From the NCBI GenBank assembly GCA_005879985.1, contig VBIA01000173.1, positions 1,562 to 65,561 on the forward strand: a DNA stretch of 64,000 nt, given 5' to 3'. This DNA is from Chloroflexota bacterium (lineage in GTDB: Bacteria > Chloroflexota > Dormibacteria > Dormibacterales > Dormibacteraceae). Positions within the stretch are counted from its first letter, which is position 1; every line of letters begins with the position of its first letter. The position numbers and the translations under genes were made by a program. The notes beneath the pieces were generated by a model. That model was not told the DNA's origin. It ran no database searches and saw only the letters and a list, made by a program, of their open reading frames with translations. Positions 48,253-56,553 of the stretch are shown here, in pieces.

Positions 48253-50277
48253 TCAGGACGCGGCTTCGTGCTGCTTCTGGAACTCTTCGATGATGCCCTT
48301 GGCCAGGTGGGCGGGCATCTCGTCGTAGTGCGAGAACTTCTTGCTGAAGCTTCCTCGGCCCTGCGTGATCGAGCGCAGGTCGAGCGCGAAGCGCAGCATC
48401 TCCGACTCCGGGACCGTGGTTTTCACCTTCTGGTAGCCATCGTCGGGCTCGGTGCCCATGATCTTGCCGCGCCGACCGTTGATGTCCGACATGATGTCGC
48501 CGAGGTTCTTCTCGGGCACCCGGATCTCCGCTTCAACGACGGGTTCGAGCAGCACCGGCCCGGCGTCCAGCGATGCCCTGCGGATGGCGAGAGATCCCGC
48601 GATCTGGAAGGCCATGTCGTTGGAGTCCACCTGGTGGTACTTGCCATCGACGAGCGTCACCTTGACGTCGACCATCGGGTAGCCCGCGACCACGCCCTTG
48701 GCCATGTTATCCACGATTCCCTTCTGCACCGACGCCCGGAAGTTCTGGGGAATGGCACCGCCGAAGATCTTGTCCTCCCACACGAAGCCTTCACCGCGCT
48801 TCGTCGGCGAAACCTCGATGACGCAAATTCCGTACTGGCCATGCCCTCCGGATTGCTTGACGTGCCTACCCTCGGCACGACTGTGGCCGGAAACGGTCTC
48901 GCGGTAAGCCACCTTCGGTGTCGCCGTGGTCGCCTCGACGCCGTACTTGCGCTTCAGCTTTTCCAACGTCACGTCCAGGTGCACGTCGCCGAGCCCCGAG
49001 ATGACCAGCTGGTGCGTCTCCTCGACCCGGTCCACGTGCAGCGTCGGATCCTCTTCAGACAGGCGTGCGAGGCCGCTGGAGATCTTCTCCTCGTCGCCGC
49101 GCGCTTTGGGTGTGATTGCCACGCTGTACGCGAGGCCAGGCAGGTCGATGGGCGCCAGCGGGCCGCCGTCCTTGTTGCCAAGCGTGTCGTTGGTGAGGGT
49201 GTGCGTGAGCTTGGTCACAGCGCCGATGTCGCCGGCATGGATCTCGGTCGCGGCGACGTGCTCCTTGCCGCGTGGGAAGAAGATCTGCGCCAGGCGCTCG
49301 TCGGCGCTGCGGTTGATGTTCGTGAGGTGCTGGTCGGCCTTGACGGTTCCGGCCACGACCTTGAAGTAGCTGACGCGCCCGAACTGGTCGCCGCCGGTGC
49401 TGAAGACGAAGGCTCGCGTGGGTTGCGAGGGGTCGCCTTCGGCGGGCGGCAGCAGCTCGCAGAGTGTCGACATCAGCGTGCGCACGCCGAGCAGCTTCGT
49501 CGCCGAGCAGCAGAGCACCGGGGCCACCTTGCCGGCGAGGATTCCCTCGCGCAAGCCTCGCTGGATCTCCTCCTCGTTCAGCGTGCCGGCGTCGAGGTAC
49601 TTCTCGAGCAGCGAGTCGTCGCTCTCAGCGGCAGCTTCGATGAGCTGCCCTCGGTATTCGTCGACGAGCTTCTGCATGTCGTCGGGGATCGGGACCTCGC
49701 CGCCCTTGCCGTCCTCTGTGGTGACGAAAGCCTTGAGGTGCAGCAGGTCGACGACCCCGCGGAAGTCCTGCTCCGAGCCGATCGGCAGGTGGAGCGGAAA
49801 AGGCCGCGGCGAAAGGTTGTCACGCATCGCTTTGACCGCGCCGTAGAAATCCGCGTGCTCCTTGTCGAGCTTGTTCACGACCACGACGCGCGGCTTGCTG
49901 CGAGCGTTGCACTGCTCCCAGGCGACCTCGGTGCCGACGGCGAGATGGTCGTTCGGTCCGACCACCACCACGGCGCCCTCGGCCGCTCGCAGCCCGCTCA
50001 TGGCCTGACCGGCGAAGTCGAGGAAGCCGGGCGCGTCGAGGATGTTGATCTTGAATCCGTTGTGCTCGGCGAACCCGACACCGAGGTTGATCGAGATCTT
50101 GCGTCTCTGCTCCTCGGGCTCGGTGTCCATGGCGGAGGTGTTCTGGTCGGTGGAGCCCATCCGCTGGAGGCCGCCGGAGGCGAAGAGCATGGCTTCCGCG
50201 ATCGTGGTCTTGCCGTCGTGGGAGTGGCCGAGGAGGACCACGTTTCGGATCTTGTCGGGAGAGTAATCAGCCGCCAT
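48253..50277 (-). CDS. Elongation factor G paralogue (EF-G2/FusA2-like)
   Basis: All five EF-G domains are recognisable: GHSHDGKTT, NKLDKE, domain IV GGHGQYG and the C-terminal SFSKKFSHYDE. The G3 motif reads DAPGFLDF rather than DTPGHVDF. Confidence 0.85.
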   Translation of the reverse strand: MAADYSPDKIRNVVLLGHSHDGKTTIAEAMLFASGGLQRMGSTDQNTSAMDTEPEEQRRKISINLGVGFAEHNGFKINILDAPGFLDFAGQAMSGLRAAEGAVVVVGPNDHLAVGTEVAWEQCNARSKPRVVVVNKLDKEHADFYGAVKAMRDNLSPRPFPLHLPIGSEQDFRGVVDLLHLKAFVTTEDGKGGEVPIPDDMQKLVDEYRGQLIEAAAESDDSLLEKYLDAGTLNEEEIQRGLREGILAGKVAPVLCCSATKLLGVRTLMSTLCELLPPAEGDPSQPTRAFVFSTGGDQFGRVSYFKVVAGTVKADQHLTNINRSADERLAQIFFPRGKEHVAATEIHAGDIGAVTKLTHTLTNDTLGNKDGGPLAPIDLPGLAYSVAITPKARGDEEKISSGLARLSEEDPTLHVDRVEETHQLVISGLGDVHLDVTLEKLKRKYGVEATTATPKVAYRETVSGHSRAEGRHVKQSGGHGQYGICVIEVSPTKRGEGFVWEDKIFGGAIPQNFRASVQKGIVDNMAKGVVAGYPMVDVKVTLVDGKYHQVDSNDMAFQIAGSLAIRRASLDAGPVLLEPVVEAEIRVPEKNLGDIMSDINGRRGKIMGTEPDDGYQKVKTTVPESEMLRFALDLRSITQGRGSFSKKFSHYDEMPAHLAKGIIEEFQKQHEAAS

Positions 50278-50382
50278 TCACACCCCAGATGCAAGCCGGC
50301 CGGTGGATACGACGATTAAGTCTAAGGATCGATTGGGGGCGGCGACTTGGAGGCGCCTGCGCTTCGGTAGAATTCGGGGTCC

Positions 50383-50610
50383 ATGGTCAAGAGGACGGCG
50401 TCGGTCGAAGAGGTGCTGGCCGCGATCGAGGCCGCCCGCGACAAGGTGATGGCCGACGAGGTCAAGTCACTCACGAAGCTGGGGATCCCGAAGGCGATGG
50501 CCTACCAGATGATCGCCAGCCGGTTCCACCAGAAGGTCGGCAACCAGGAGGAGGCCGAGACCGATCCATTCGAGGGCAACGCCACCACGTCCTGGGAAGA
50601 AATCGGCTAA
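50383..50610 (+). CDS. Hypothetical small protein (75 aa)
   Basis: ORF only. Confidence 0.35.
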   Translation: MVKRTASVEEVLAAIEAARDKVMADEVKSLTKLGIPKAMAYQMIASRFHQKVGNQEEAETDPFEGNATTSWEEIG

Positions 50611-50743
50611 GAGGCACGGGTGAGGACGGATGCCTCACTCCCGCGGCTACGCCGCGGTGACCCCAGCGGACGCTTCGCCTTGAGGAGACGCGCAGAACGC
50701 CAGGCGATGATTGGGTTGCGGCCCTACTAGGTCTGGTTAGCCT

Positions 50744-52231
50744 GTGAATCGGGCTGAGCGTCTGGCTCGGCTGCTCAGGGTGCTTGCTGCGATCATCGCC
50801 GAGCCTGGCCTCAACCCGCTCGAGCTGGCAGAGAAGGCAGGCGTCTCCGAGCGCACGCTCCGGCGCGATCTTTCCCAGCTGCGCGAGCTGGGCTACGAGG
50901 TTGCGTACACCAGCGGTTACGAGGTCCAGGAGAAGCTCAACCTCGAAGGCCGCGGGAAAAAGACGACGCGGCCTCGTGGTGATGACGCCCTGCTCCAGGC
51001 CGTGGCGCATGCGGTCGAGGCCGCCGGTCTGTGGCGCGACACCACCCCCGCGAGCGTGGCCACGCCGCGCAAACGGGCGCGCCGCGCGACCGGACCCCGC
51101 CCGCTCGTCCTCATCCCGAGCGGCCACGGCGACGCCGACTTCATCTACGCCACCGGCATGGACGTCGAGAGCGCGCTGTACATCAGGCCCGCCTCGGGCG
51201 ACGACATCCTTGTAGCCAGCCCGCTCGAGATCGACCGCGCGCGAACCGGGTCAAGGGCCGCGCGCATCCTCTCGTTTCGGGACGCGGGCTACGCGGAGCT
51301 GGGTGCGTACAGGTCATATGCGGTGCTGGCGGCCAAACTGCTGCGCGAGCAAGGCCAGGCCGAGGCGCGGGTTTCGCCGCGATTGCAGGCCGGCTATCTA
51401 GAAGGGCTGCGCGACGCGGGCGTCGACGTCGAGGTCGACCAGTCGCTGTTCGAGGCCGAGCGGCGGCACAAGACCCGCGAGGAGGCGGACAAGATTCGCG
51501 ACGCGCAGCGGGCGGCCGAGAAGGCGATGACCGAGATCGTGCGGCTTCTCGCTCAGGCCGAGATTCGCGAGGAACTGCTGTGGGCCGACGGCAAGCCCAT
51601 GACGTCGGAGTGGCTCTACGCGCGCGCGTCTCTTCTGCTGGCAGAGCTCGGGTTTTCGTGCCCCGACATGATCATCGCCGGGTCGCCCGACAACGCCATG
51701 CCTCACTACCGCGGCGAGGGCCAGATCCGCGCCGGCGCGCCGGTGATCATCGACATCTTTCCCGCCAGCCGCGGCAGCCACTACAACGGCGACCTGACGC
51801 GGACGGTGGTCGTCGGCGACATTCCAGAAGAGGTGCGTCGGATGCACGCGGCTACGCTGCAGGCGCTGGACGTGGGGGTCGAGTCGATCAAGGCGGGCGT
51901 GCCGGCCAACGACGTCCATCACGCGGTGTGCCAGGTGCTCGTCGACCGAGGTTATGGCGCCACCACCGATGGCTACGAGGGGCCCGACGGCGTCGCCAAG
52001 ATGAACCACAGCACCGGCCACGGCGTCGGTCTTGAGGTGCACGAGCAGCCGGGCGTGCGGAGCGCCAATGGCGAGCCGCTGGAAGAGGGCGACGTGATCA
52101 CGGTGGAGCCCGGCCTTTACCTGATGGGCTTCGGCGGCGTGCGAATCGAGGACACGGGCATGGTCACGGCGCGCGGCTTCGAGAACTTCACGTCGATAAC
52201 TCGCAGCATCGATCCGAACGACTACCTTTAG
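50744..52231 (+). CDS. Fusion protein: N-terminal HTH (HTH_11/YafY-like) plus an Xaa-Pro aminopeptidase-like M24 peptidase (creatinase-N and M24 domains)
   Basis: VNRAERLARLLRVLA..GVSERTLRRDLSQLRELGY (HTH). M24 metal ligands appear intact (IIDIF, NGDLTRT, HSTGHGVG, LEVHEQP, VRIEDT). Confidence 0.75.
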   Translation: MNRAERLARLLRVLAAIIAEPGLNPLELAEKAGVSERTLRRDLSQLRELGYEVAYTSGYEVQEKLNLEGRGKKTTRPRGDDALLQAVAHAVEAAGLWRDTTPASVATPRKRARRATGPRPLVLIPSGHGDADFIYATGMDVESALYIRPASGDDILVASPLEIDRARTGSRAARILSFRDAGYAELGAYRSYAVLAAKLLREQGQAEARVSPRLQAGYLEGLRDAGVDVEVDQSLFEAERRHKTREEADKIRDAQRAAEKAMTEIVRLLAQAEIREELLWADGKPMTSEWLYARASLLLAELGFSCPDMIIAGSPDNAMPHYRGEGQIRAGAPVIIDIFPASRGSHYNGDLTRTVVVGDIPEEVRRMHAATLQALDVGVESIKAGVPANDVHHAVCQVLVDRGYGATTDGYEGPDGVAKMNHSTGHGVGLEVHEQPGVRSANGEPLEEGDVITVEPGLYLMGFGGVRIEDTGMVTARGFENFTSITRSIDPNDYL

Positions 52232-52238
52232 CCGCGGC

Positions 52239-52688
52239 GTGGCCAGGCTCAGGCTCCAGCACGACGACCAGCAGACCGAGGCGGAGTGCGCGGACTGCGG
52301 CTCGGCCTTCCGCAGCGTGGTGGGCGTCATCTACGAGGACGACGACCCGATCGCGATCTACCGAGCCGACATCTTCGACCACTTCCACCGTGACCCGGAG
52401 CCGCGCGTGCTGCTGTCGATCGCGATGGGTGACTGGGACGATGGCACGGGCAGCGCCGACAGGTGCTCCGCGGCGATTGAGGCGTGGCCCGACGACGGCG
52501 GGGTGCGGATGGCGATCAGCGACCGCGCGGCCTCGCCATGGGACGAGTTGGAGGTCGTGAGCTGGCAGCTCACCGCGAAGGAGGCCGCGGTAAGCCCTCT
52601 GCGCGACGCTTTCTTCCAGATCGCCGACCACATTGCCTACCAGGACCGCAGGCTGCGGAGGGCGCTGACCGTTCAGGACGCCTCGTAA
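52239..52688 (+). CDS. Hypothetical protein (149 aa)
   Basis: ORF with a GTG start 7 nt after the M24 gene; contains CADCG. No family recognised. Confidence 0.4.
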   Translation: MARLRLQHDDQQTEAECADCGSAFRSVVGVIYEDDDPIAIYRADIFDHFHRDPEPRVLLSIAMGDWDDGTGSADRCSAAIEAWPDDGGVRMAISDRAASPWDELEVVSWQLTAKEAAVSPLRDAFFQIADHIAYQDRRLRRALTVQDAS

Positions 52689-52723
52689 AGGCCGACTTGA
52701 CTGGGCGGCAGTATGATGGCTGT

Positions 52724-53341
52724 GTGCCACCAAACGAGGGCGAGTCGCTGGGCACCCGGATCCGGCGCTTGCGGCGCGAGCGGGGCGTCAGCCTGGCCAA
52801 GATCGGCGGCGGGGATTTCACGCGGGCGTTCCTGAGCCAGGTCGAGCTCGGCCGGGCGCAGCCGTCGCTGCGCGTTCTGCGCGTCATCGCCGACAGGCTC
52901 GGCACTCATGTCGACTTTCTGCTCGAGGGGCGATCGCCGGAGGTCGACCGAGAGCTCGCGCTGGAGCGCGCGCGCGTCCTGCTGCTGCGCGGCGAGCCGA
53001 AGCGGGCGCTCATCAGCCTGCGCGGCCTGGACGAGGCAGCGTGGCCGATCGGCACCGACGCCCGGCTCACCGAGGCGGAGGCGCTGGCCCAGCTGGGCCG
53101 GCACGAGCGCGCCCGGAAGGTCCTCGACGCCGAGCGCATGGTGATCAGCAAGCACCGTGACAACCCGCGCATGGACCGCTGGCGCGCGCTGTCCCAGGGC
53201 AAGCGACTCAGCTACGGCGACGGCGACGCGAAAGCGGCGGCCGAAAACCATCTGCAGATCGCCGAACGGGCGACCAGGGCCGGCCGCCCCAAGGATGCCC
53301 TGGAGCACTACCGGTCGGCGAGGACGCTGCTGGAGGCCTAG
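52724..53341 (+). CDS. XRE-family HTH transcriptional regulator with a TPR-like C-terminal region
   Basis: LGTRIRRLRRERGVSLAKIGGGDFTRAFLSQVELGRAQPSLRVLRVIADRLG (Cro/C1 HTH). GTG start at 52724. Confidence 0.75.
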   Translation: MPPNEGESLGTRIRRLRRERGVSLAKIGGGDFTRAFLSQVELGRAQPSLRVLRVIADRLGTHVDFLLEGRSPEVDRELALERARVLLLRGEPKRALISLRGLDEAAWPIGTDARLTEAEALAQLGRHERARKVLDAERMVISKHRDNPRMDRWRALSQGKRLSYGDGDAKAAAENHLQIAERATRAGRPKDALEHYRSARTLLEA

Positions 53342-53351
53342 GCTGAGTCGC

Positions 53352-54056
53352 CTAGAGCCCGTTATTCGCGGTCGACTTCCAGTCGAACGTTGGCGGCGGC
53401 GTCACATCTGGCGGCGTGACCTCGATCGTGATGGTCTCGTGGCTCTTGAGGACGATGGTGCTTGGATCGCCTTCGAACAGCTGCGCGCCCTTGCCGTCGT
53501 CGAGGTTGATGTAGACCTTCATCGACTGGCCTGAACCGACGGTCAGCGTCGAAACGTGCGTCGAGTTCAGCAGCTCGTGCGGGCCGTTGTTGTACGTCGA
53601 CCACGCGTCCCACACCTTGAAGAAGTCACCGAGCGTGAACACGCGATCGGCGGTCGACTCGATGTGGATGACGTTCGGGTTGGCGCTGTGGACGTGCAGC
53701 CAGTAGAAGCACTTCGGCGCGGTCTCGCCGCCCTGGATGCCGATGCCGCCGGGGATTGGATGAACGGAGCCCTGTGCAACGATCTGGATGGCCGCGTGGT
53801 AGTGGACCTGAGTGTGCTCGAGCTGGTCGCAGGCGATGCTGCCGCCCGAGCCCTGGACGGTCGGGACCGGATTGGTGCGGCTGTTGATGGCGCCGTAGAC
53901 GAGCAGCCCGATGAACACGAGCGCCAGGATCGCGCCGACGACGATCGCGAGGATCGGCGTGTCGGTGCTCGACTTCACGGGTGCGCGACGGCTGCCCTTG
54001 CCGCGCACCTGCGACTTGCCGCGGACGTTTTGCTTGCTTCGGCCCTGAGAACGCAT
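53352..54056 (-). CDS. Membrane-anchored extracytoplasmic protein with His/Cys motifs, hypothetical
   Basis: Basic N-terminus, one TM segment (ILAIVVGAILALVFIGLLVYG), then CDQLEHTQVHYHAA...CFYWLHVHS...IHIES. The rest of the 358-aa ORF is shadow sequence. Confidence 0.55.
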   Translation of the reverse strand: MRSQGRSKQNVRGKSQVRGKGSRRAPVKSSTDTPILAIVVGAILALVFIGLLVYGAINSRTNPVPTVQGSGGSIACDQLEHTQVHYHAAIQIVAQGSVHPIPGGIGIQGGETAPKCFYWLHVHSANPNVIHIESTADRVFTLGDFFKVWDAWSTYNNGPHELLNSTHVSTLTVGSGQSMKVYINLDDGKGAQLFEGDPSTIVLKSHETITIEVTPPDVTPPPTFDWKSTANNGL

Positions 54057-54164
54057 AAAAGCGGACTGATAGAATACCCACCTACCCTTTCTGGCCTCGG
54101 CAGGTCGCGCCTGCGTTCCGTTGGACCGGGGCCTGAAAACCCATAGAAAGGAGGAATCGCCCCG

Positions 54165-54563
54165 TTGCGGGATTACGAAATTCTGTACATCGTGCGGCCG
54201 GACCTGGACGACGAGAAGGTCCAGGAAGCGGTCAAGCGGGTCAACACGCTGATCGAGCGATCCGGCGGCAGCGCTGATCACACCAACCTCTGGGGCAAGC
54301 GCAAGCTCGCCTACGAGGTGAAGCACCAGAAAGAGGGCATCTACGTCCTGCAGGACTTCCAGATCGCCCCCGACCGCGTGCCCGAACTCGAGGCTGCGTT
54401 GAAGATCACCGAGGAGGTGCTCCGGCATCTCATCGTGCGCAAGCCCGAGAAGCCCAGCCCGACGACCGTTGCACCGCCGCCGGCGGACGTCGTGCTGGAG
54501 CCCGTTGCGGTCGAGTCAAGAGGCGCGGCGGACGCATCAGCCGGGGATCGGGAGGAACGGTAA
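54165..54563 (+). CDS. rpsF: 30S ribosomal protein S6
   Basis: RDYEILYIVRPDL..., WGKRKLAYEV and GIYVL. Confidence 0.93.
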   Translation: MRDYEILYIVRPDLDDEKVQEAVKRVNTLIERSGGSADHTNLWGKRKLAYEVKHQKEGIYVLQDFQIAPDRVPELEAALKITEEVLRHLIVRKPEKPSPTTVAPPPADVVLEPVAVESRGAADASAGDREER

Positions 54564-55040
54564 ATGTCGAACCTCAACAAAGCACTGCTCATCGGCCGGC
54601 TCACGAAGGACCCCGAGATGCGCTACACGCCTAGCGGCACCGCGGTCACCAGCTTTTCGATCGCGACGAATCGCTGGTCCACCGGTCCCGACGGCGAGCG
54701 CAAGGAGTTCACCGACTACCACAACATCGTTGCGTACCCGATCGGCAAGCGAAATCTCGCCGAGACGGTCGCGCAGTACACGCGCAAAGGCGCGCTCGTT
54801 TTCGTCGAGGGCCGCATCCAGACGCGCTCATGGGAGGGTCAGGACGGCCAGAAGCGGCGCGTGACCGAGATCATCGCGAATGATGTGCAGTTTCTCGAGC
54901 CGCGTGGTGCCGGCGTCGGCGCTGGCGCCGGTGCAAGCGCGAGTGTGGGTGCGGGACGCGCCTCGGGCAACACGACTACCGAAGAAACCACCGGTGACGA
55001 CGTTCCGCGGGACGTCGACCCGGACGACATTCCGTTCTAA
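54564..55040 (+). CDS. ssb: Single-stranded DNA-binding protein
   Basis: NKALLIGRLTKDPEMRYTPSG (OB fold), a Gly-rich linker and the acidic tail DDIPF. Confidence 0.95.
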   Translation: MSNLNKALLIGRLTKDPEMRYTPSGTAVTSFSIATNRWSTGPDGERKEFTDYHNIVAYPIGKRNLAETVAQYTRKGALVFVEGRIQTRSWEGQDGQKRRVTEIIANDVQFLEPRGAGVGAGAGASASVGAGRASGNTTTEETTGDDVPRDVDPDDIPF

Positions 55041-55049
55041 CCAGGAGAT

Positions 55050-55322
55050 TTGATGGCTTCCACTTCACCGGTTCGACCAGCACCGCGAGAGTCTCGCGGG
55101 CCGAAGCGGCAGCACCGCAAGGTCTGCAGCTTCTGCATGGAGAAGGTCTCGTATATCGACTACAAGGAGGTTTCGCGCCTGCGCAGGTTCGTCAGCGATC
55201 GCGGCAAGATTCTGCCGCGCCGCGTGACGGGCACGTGCGCCCGGCACCAGCGGCCGCTGACCACAGCCCTGGAGCGCGCTCGCGCGATCGCTCTCCTTCC
55301 GTACACGACCGAACAGCACTAA
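55050..55322 (+). CDS. rpsR: 30S ribosomal protein S18
   Basis: [34 protein letters not shown]. Confidence 0.93.
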   Translation: MMASTSPVRPAPRESRGPKRQHRKVCSFCMEKVSYIDYKEVSRLRRFVSDRGKILPRRVTGTCARHQRPLTTALERARAIALLPYTTEQH

Positions 55323-55325
55323 CGG

Positions 55326-55361
55326 CCCTCACCCTGCCCTCTCCCGCATGGCGGGAGAGGG
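55326..55361. repeat. Copy D of the hairpin plus G-tract repeat (opposite orientation), just after rpsR
   Basis: CCCTCACCCTGCCCTCTCCCGC-ATG-GCGGGAGAGGG. It has an 11-bp perfect inverted repeat (55337-55361). The reverse complement of the C-rich box is GGGAGAGGGCAGGGTGAGGG. Confidence 0.8.
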
Positions 55362-55380
55362 GATAGCTAGGAGCACGTCC

Positions 55381-56532
55381 ATGACCTTCTCGAGCCAGCT
55401 GCGGATCCCCGGACCTACACCGCTGCCCGAGCGCGTAGTCCGCTCGATGAGCAGGCCGATGGTCGATCACCGCGGTCCGGAGTTCTCCGCCATCCTGGCC
55501 GAGATCACCGCCGGCGCCAAGCGCGTCTTCAAGACGTCCTCCGACCTGCTGTTCCTGACCTCGTCCGGCACGGGCGGCCTCGAGTCGGCGGTCGCCAACC
55601 TCGTATCGCCTGGCGACGAAGTGGTCGTCGCGCTGTGCGGCAACTTCGGCGAGCGATTCGCCGCTCTCGCCTCGGCGTACGGCGCCGACGTCGTGCGGCT
55701 CGAATTCGAGTGGGGCCAGCCCGTCGACGCCGAAGACCTCGCGCTCGTGCTCGAGAAGCACCCGAAGGCGAAGCTGCTTCTGCTCACGCACAACGAGACC
55801 TCGACGGGGCTCACCAACCCTCTGCGCGAGCTCGCTCGCGTCGGCCGCGACGCGGGGCGAGTCGTGGTCGTCGACGGAGTCAGCTCCATCAGCTCGATCG
55901 AGATCGAGACGGATGGATGGGGCATCGACGTCGCGGTCAGCGGCTCGCAGAAGGGATGGATGGCGCCGCCAGGGCTTGCGCTCGTCAGCGTGAGCGAGCG
56001 CGCGTGGGAGATGCAGTCGCGTGCCCGCGCCCCGCGCTACTACTTCGACTGGAAAGAAGCCAAGACGTGGGCCGACAAGGGCATGACGCCGTTCACCACC
56101 GCGGTGAGCGTCGCGTTCGCGCTGCAGGAAGGCATCCGGATGCTCGAGGAGGAGGGCCTCGCCAAGGTCTACGAGCGGCACGCTCGACTCGCGCGGGCAA
56201 CCCAGGCCGGGCTCCAGGCGCTCGGGTTCAAGCTCTTCGCCCGCGACGGCTTCCGCTCGAACACAGTGACCGCTGCGCTGCCACCTGAGGGGCTGAACGT
56301 CGAGCCTTTCCGCAAGCTGCTGCACGACCGGTACGGCGTCGTGATCGCCGGGGGTCAGAACAAGATGGCCGGGAAGATGGTCCGCGTCGGCCACCTTGGC
56401 GCCGTCGGCGAGGGCGACATCGTGCAGGTCCTGTGGGCCATGGAGCAGGCGCTCGAGGAGATGGACATCGCTCCCGCCGACGGGCGTGGCGTTGCGGCGG
56501 TGACGAGCTCGCTGCAGGGCGTCCCCGCCTAG
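55381..56532 (+). CDS. Class V aminotransferase (serine-pyruvate / phosphoserine aminotransferase-like)
   Basis: RIPGPTPLPERV, SSGTGGLE and SGSQKGWMAPPGL (PLP-Lys). The ATG at 55381 has an AGGAG Shine-Dalgarno 8 nt upstream. The listed ATG at 55348 lies in the loop of the repeat hairpin. Confidence 0.85.
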   Translation: MTFSSQLRIPGPTPLPERVVRSMSRPMVDHRGPEFSAILAEITAGAKRVFKTSSDLLFLTSSGTGGLESAVANLVSPGDEVVVALCGNFGERFAALASAYGADVVRLEFEWGQPVDAEDLALVLEKHPKAKLLLLTHNETSTGLTNPLRELARVGRDAGRVVVVDGVSSISSIEIETDGWGIDVAVSGSQKGWMAPPGLALVSVSERAWEMQSRARAPRYYFDWKEAKTWADKGMTPFTTAVSVAFALQEGIRMLEEEGLAKVYERHARLARATQAGLQALGFKLFARDGFRSNTVTAALPPEGLNVEPFRKLLHDRYGVVIAGGQNKMAGKMVRVGHLGAVGEGDIVQVLWAMEQALEEMDIAPADGRGVAAVTSSLQGVPA

Positions 56533-56553
56533 GCGCCCCTAGACTCAGCTTTC

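Noticed and set aside
48232-50319. 695-aa plus-strand ORF opposite the EF-G paralogue
   Set aside because: It is a shadow of the EF-G gene and has no GTPase or other motifs.
55348-55380. ATG at 55348 as the start of the aminotransferase
   Set aside because: This ATG is the 3-nt loop of the repeat hairpin, and the extension MAGEGIARSTS is repeat-derived. The ATG at 55381 has a proper AGGAG Shine-Dalgarno.
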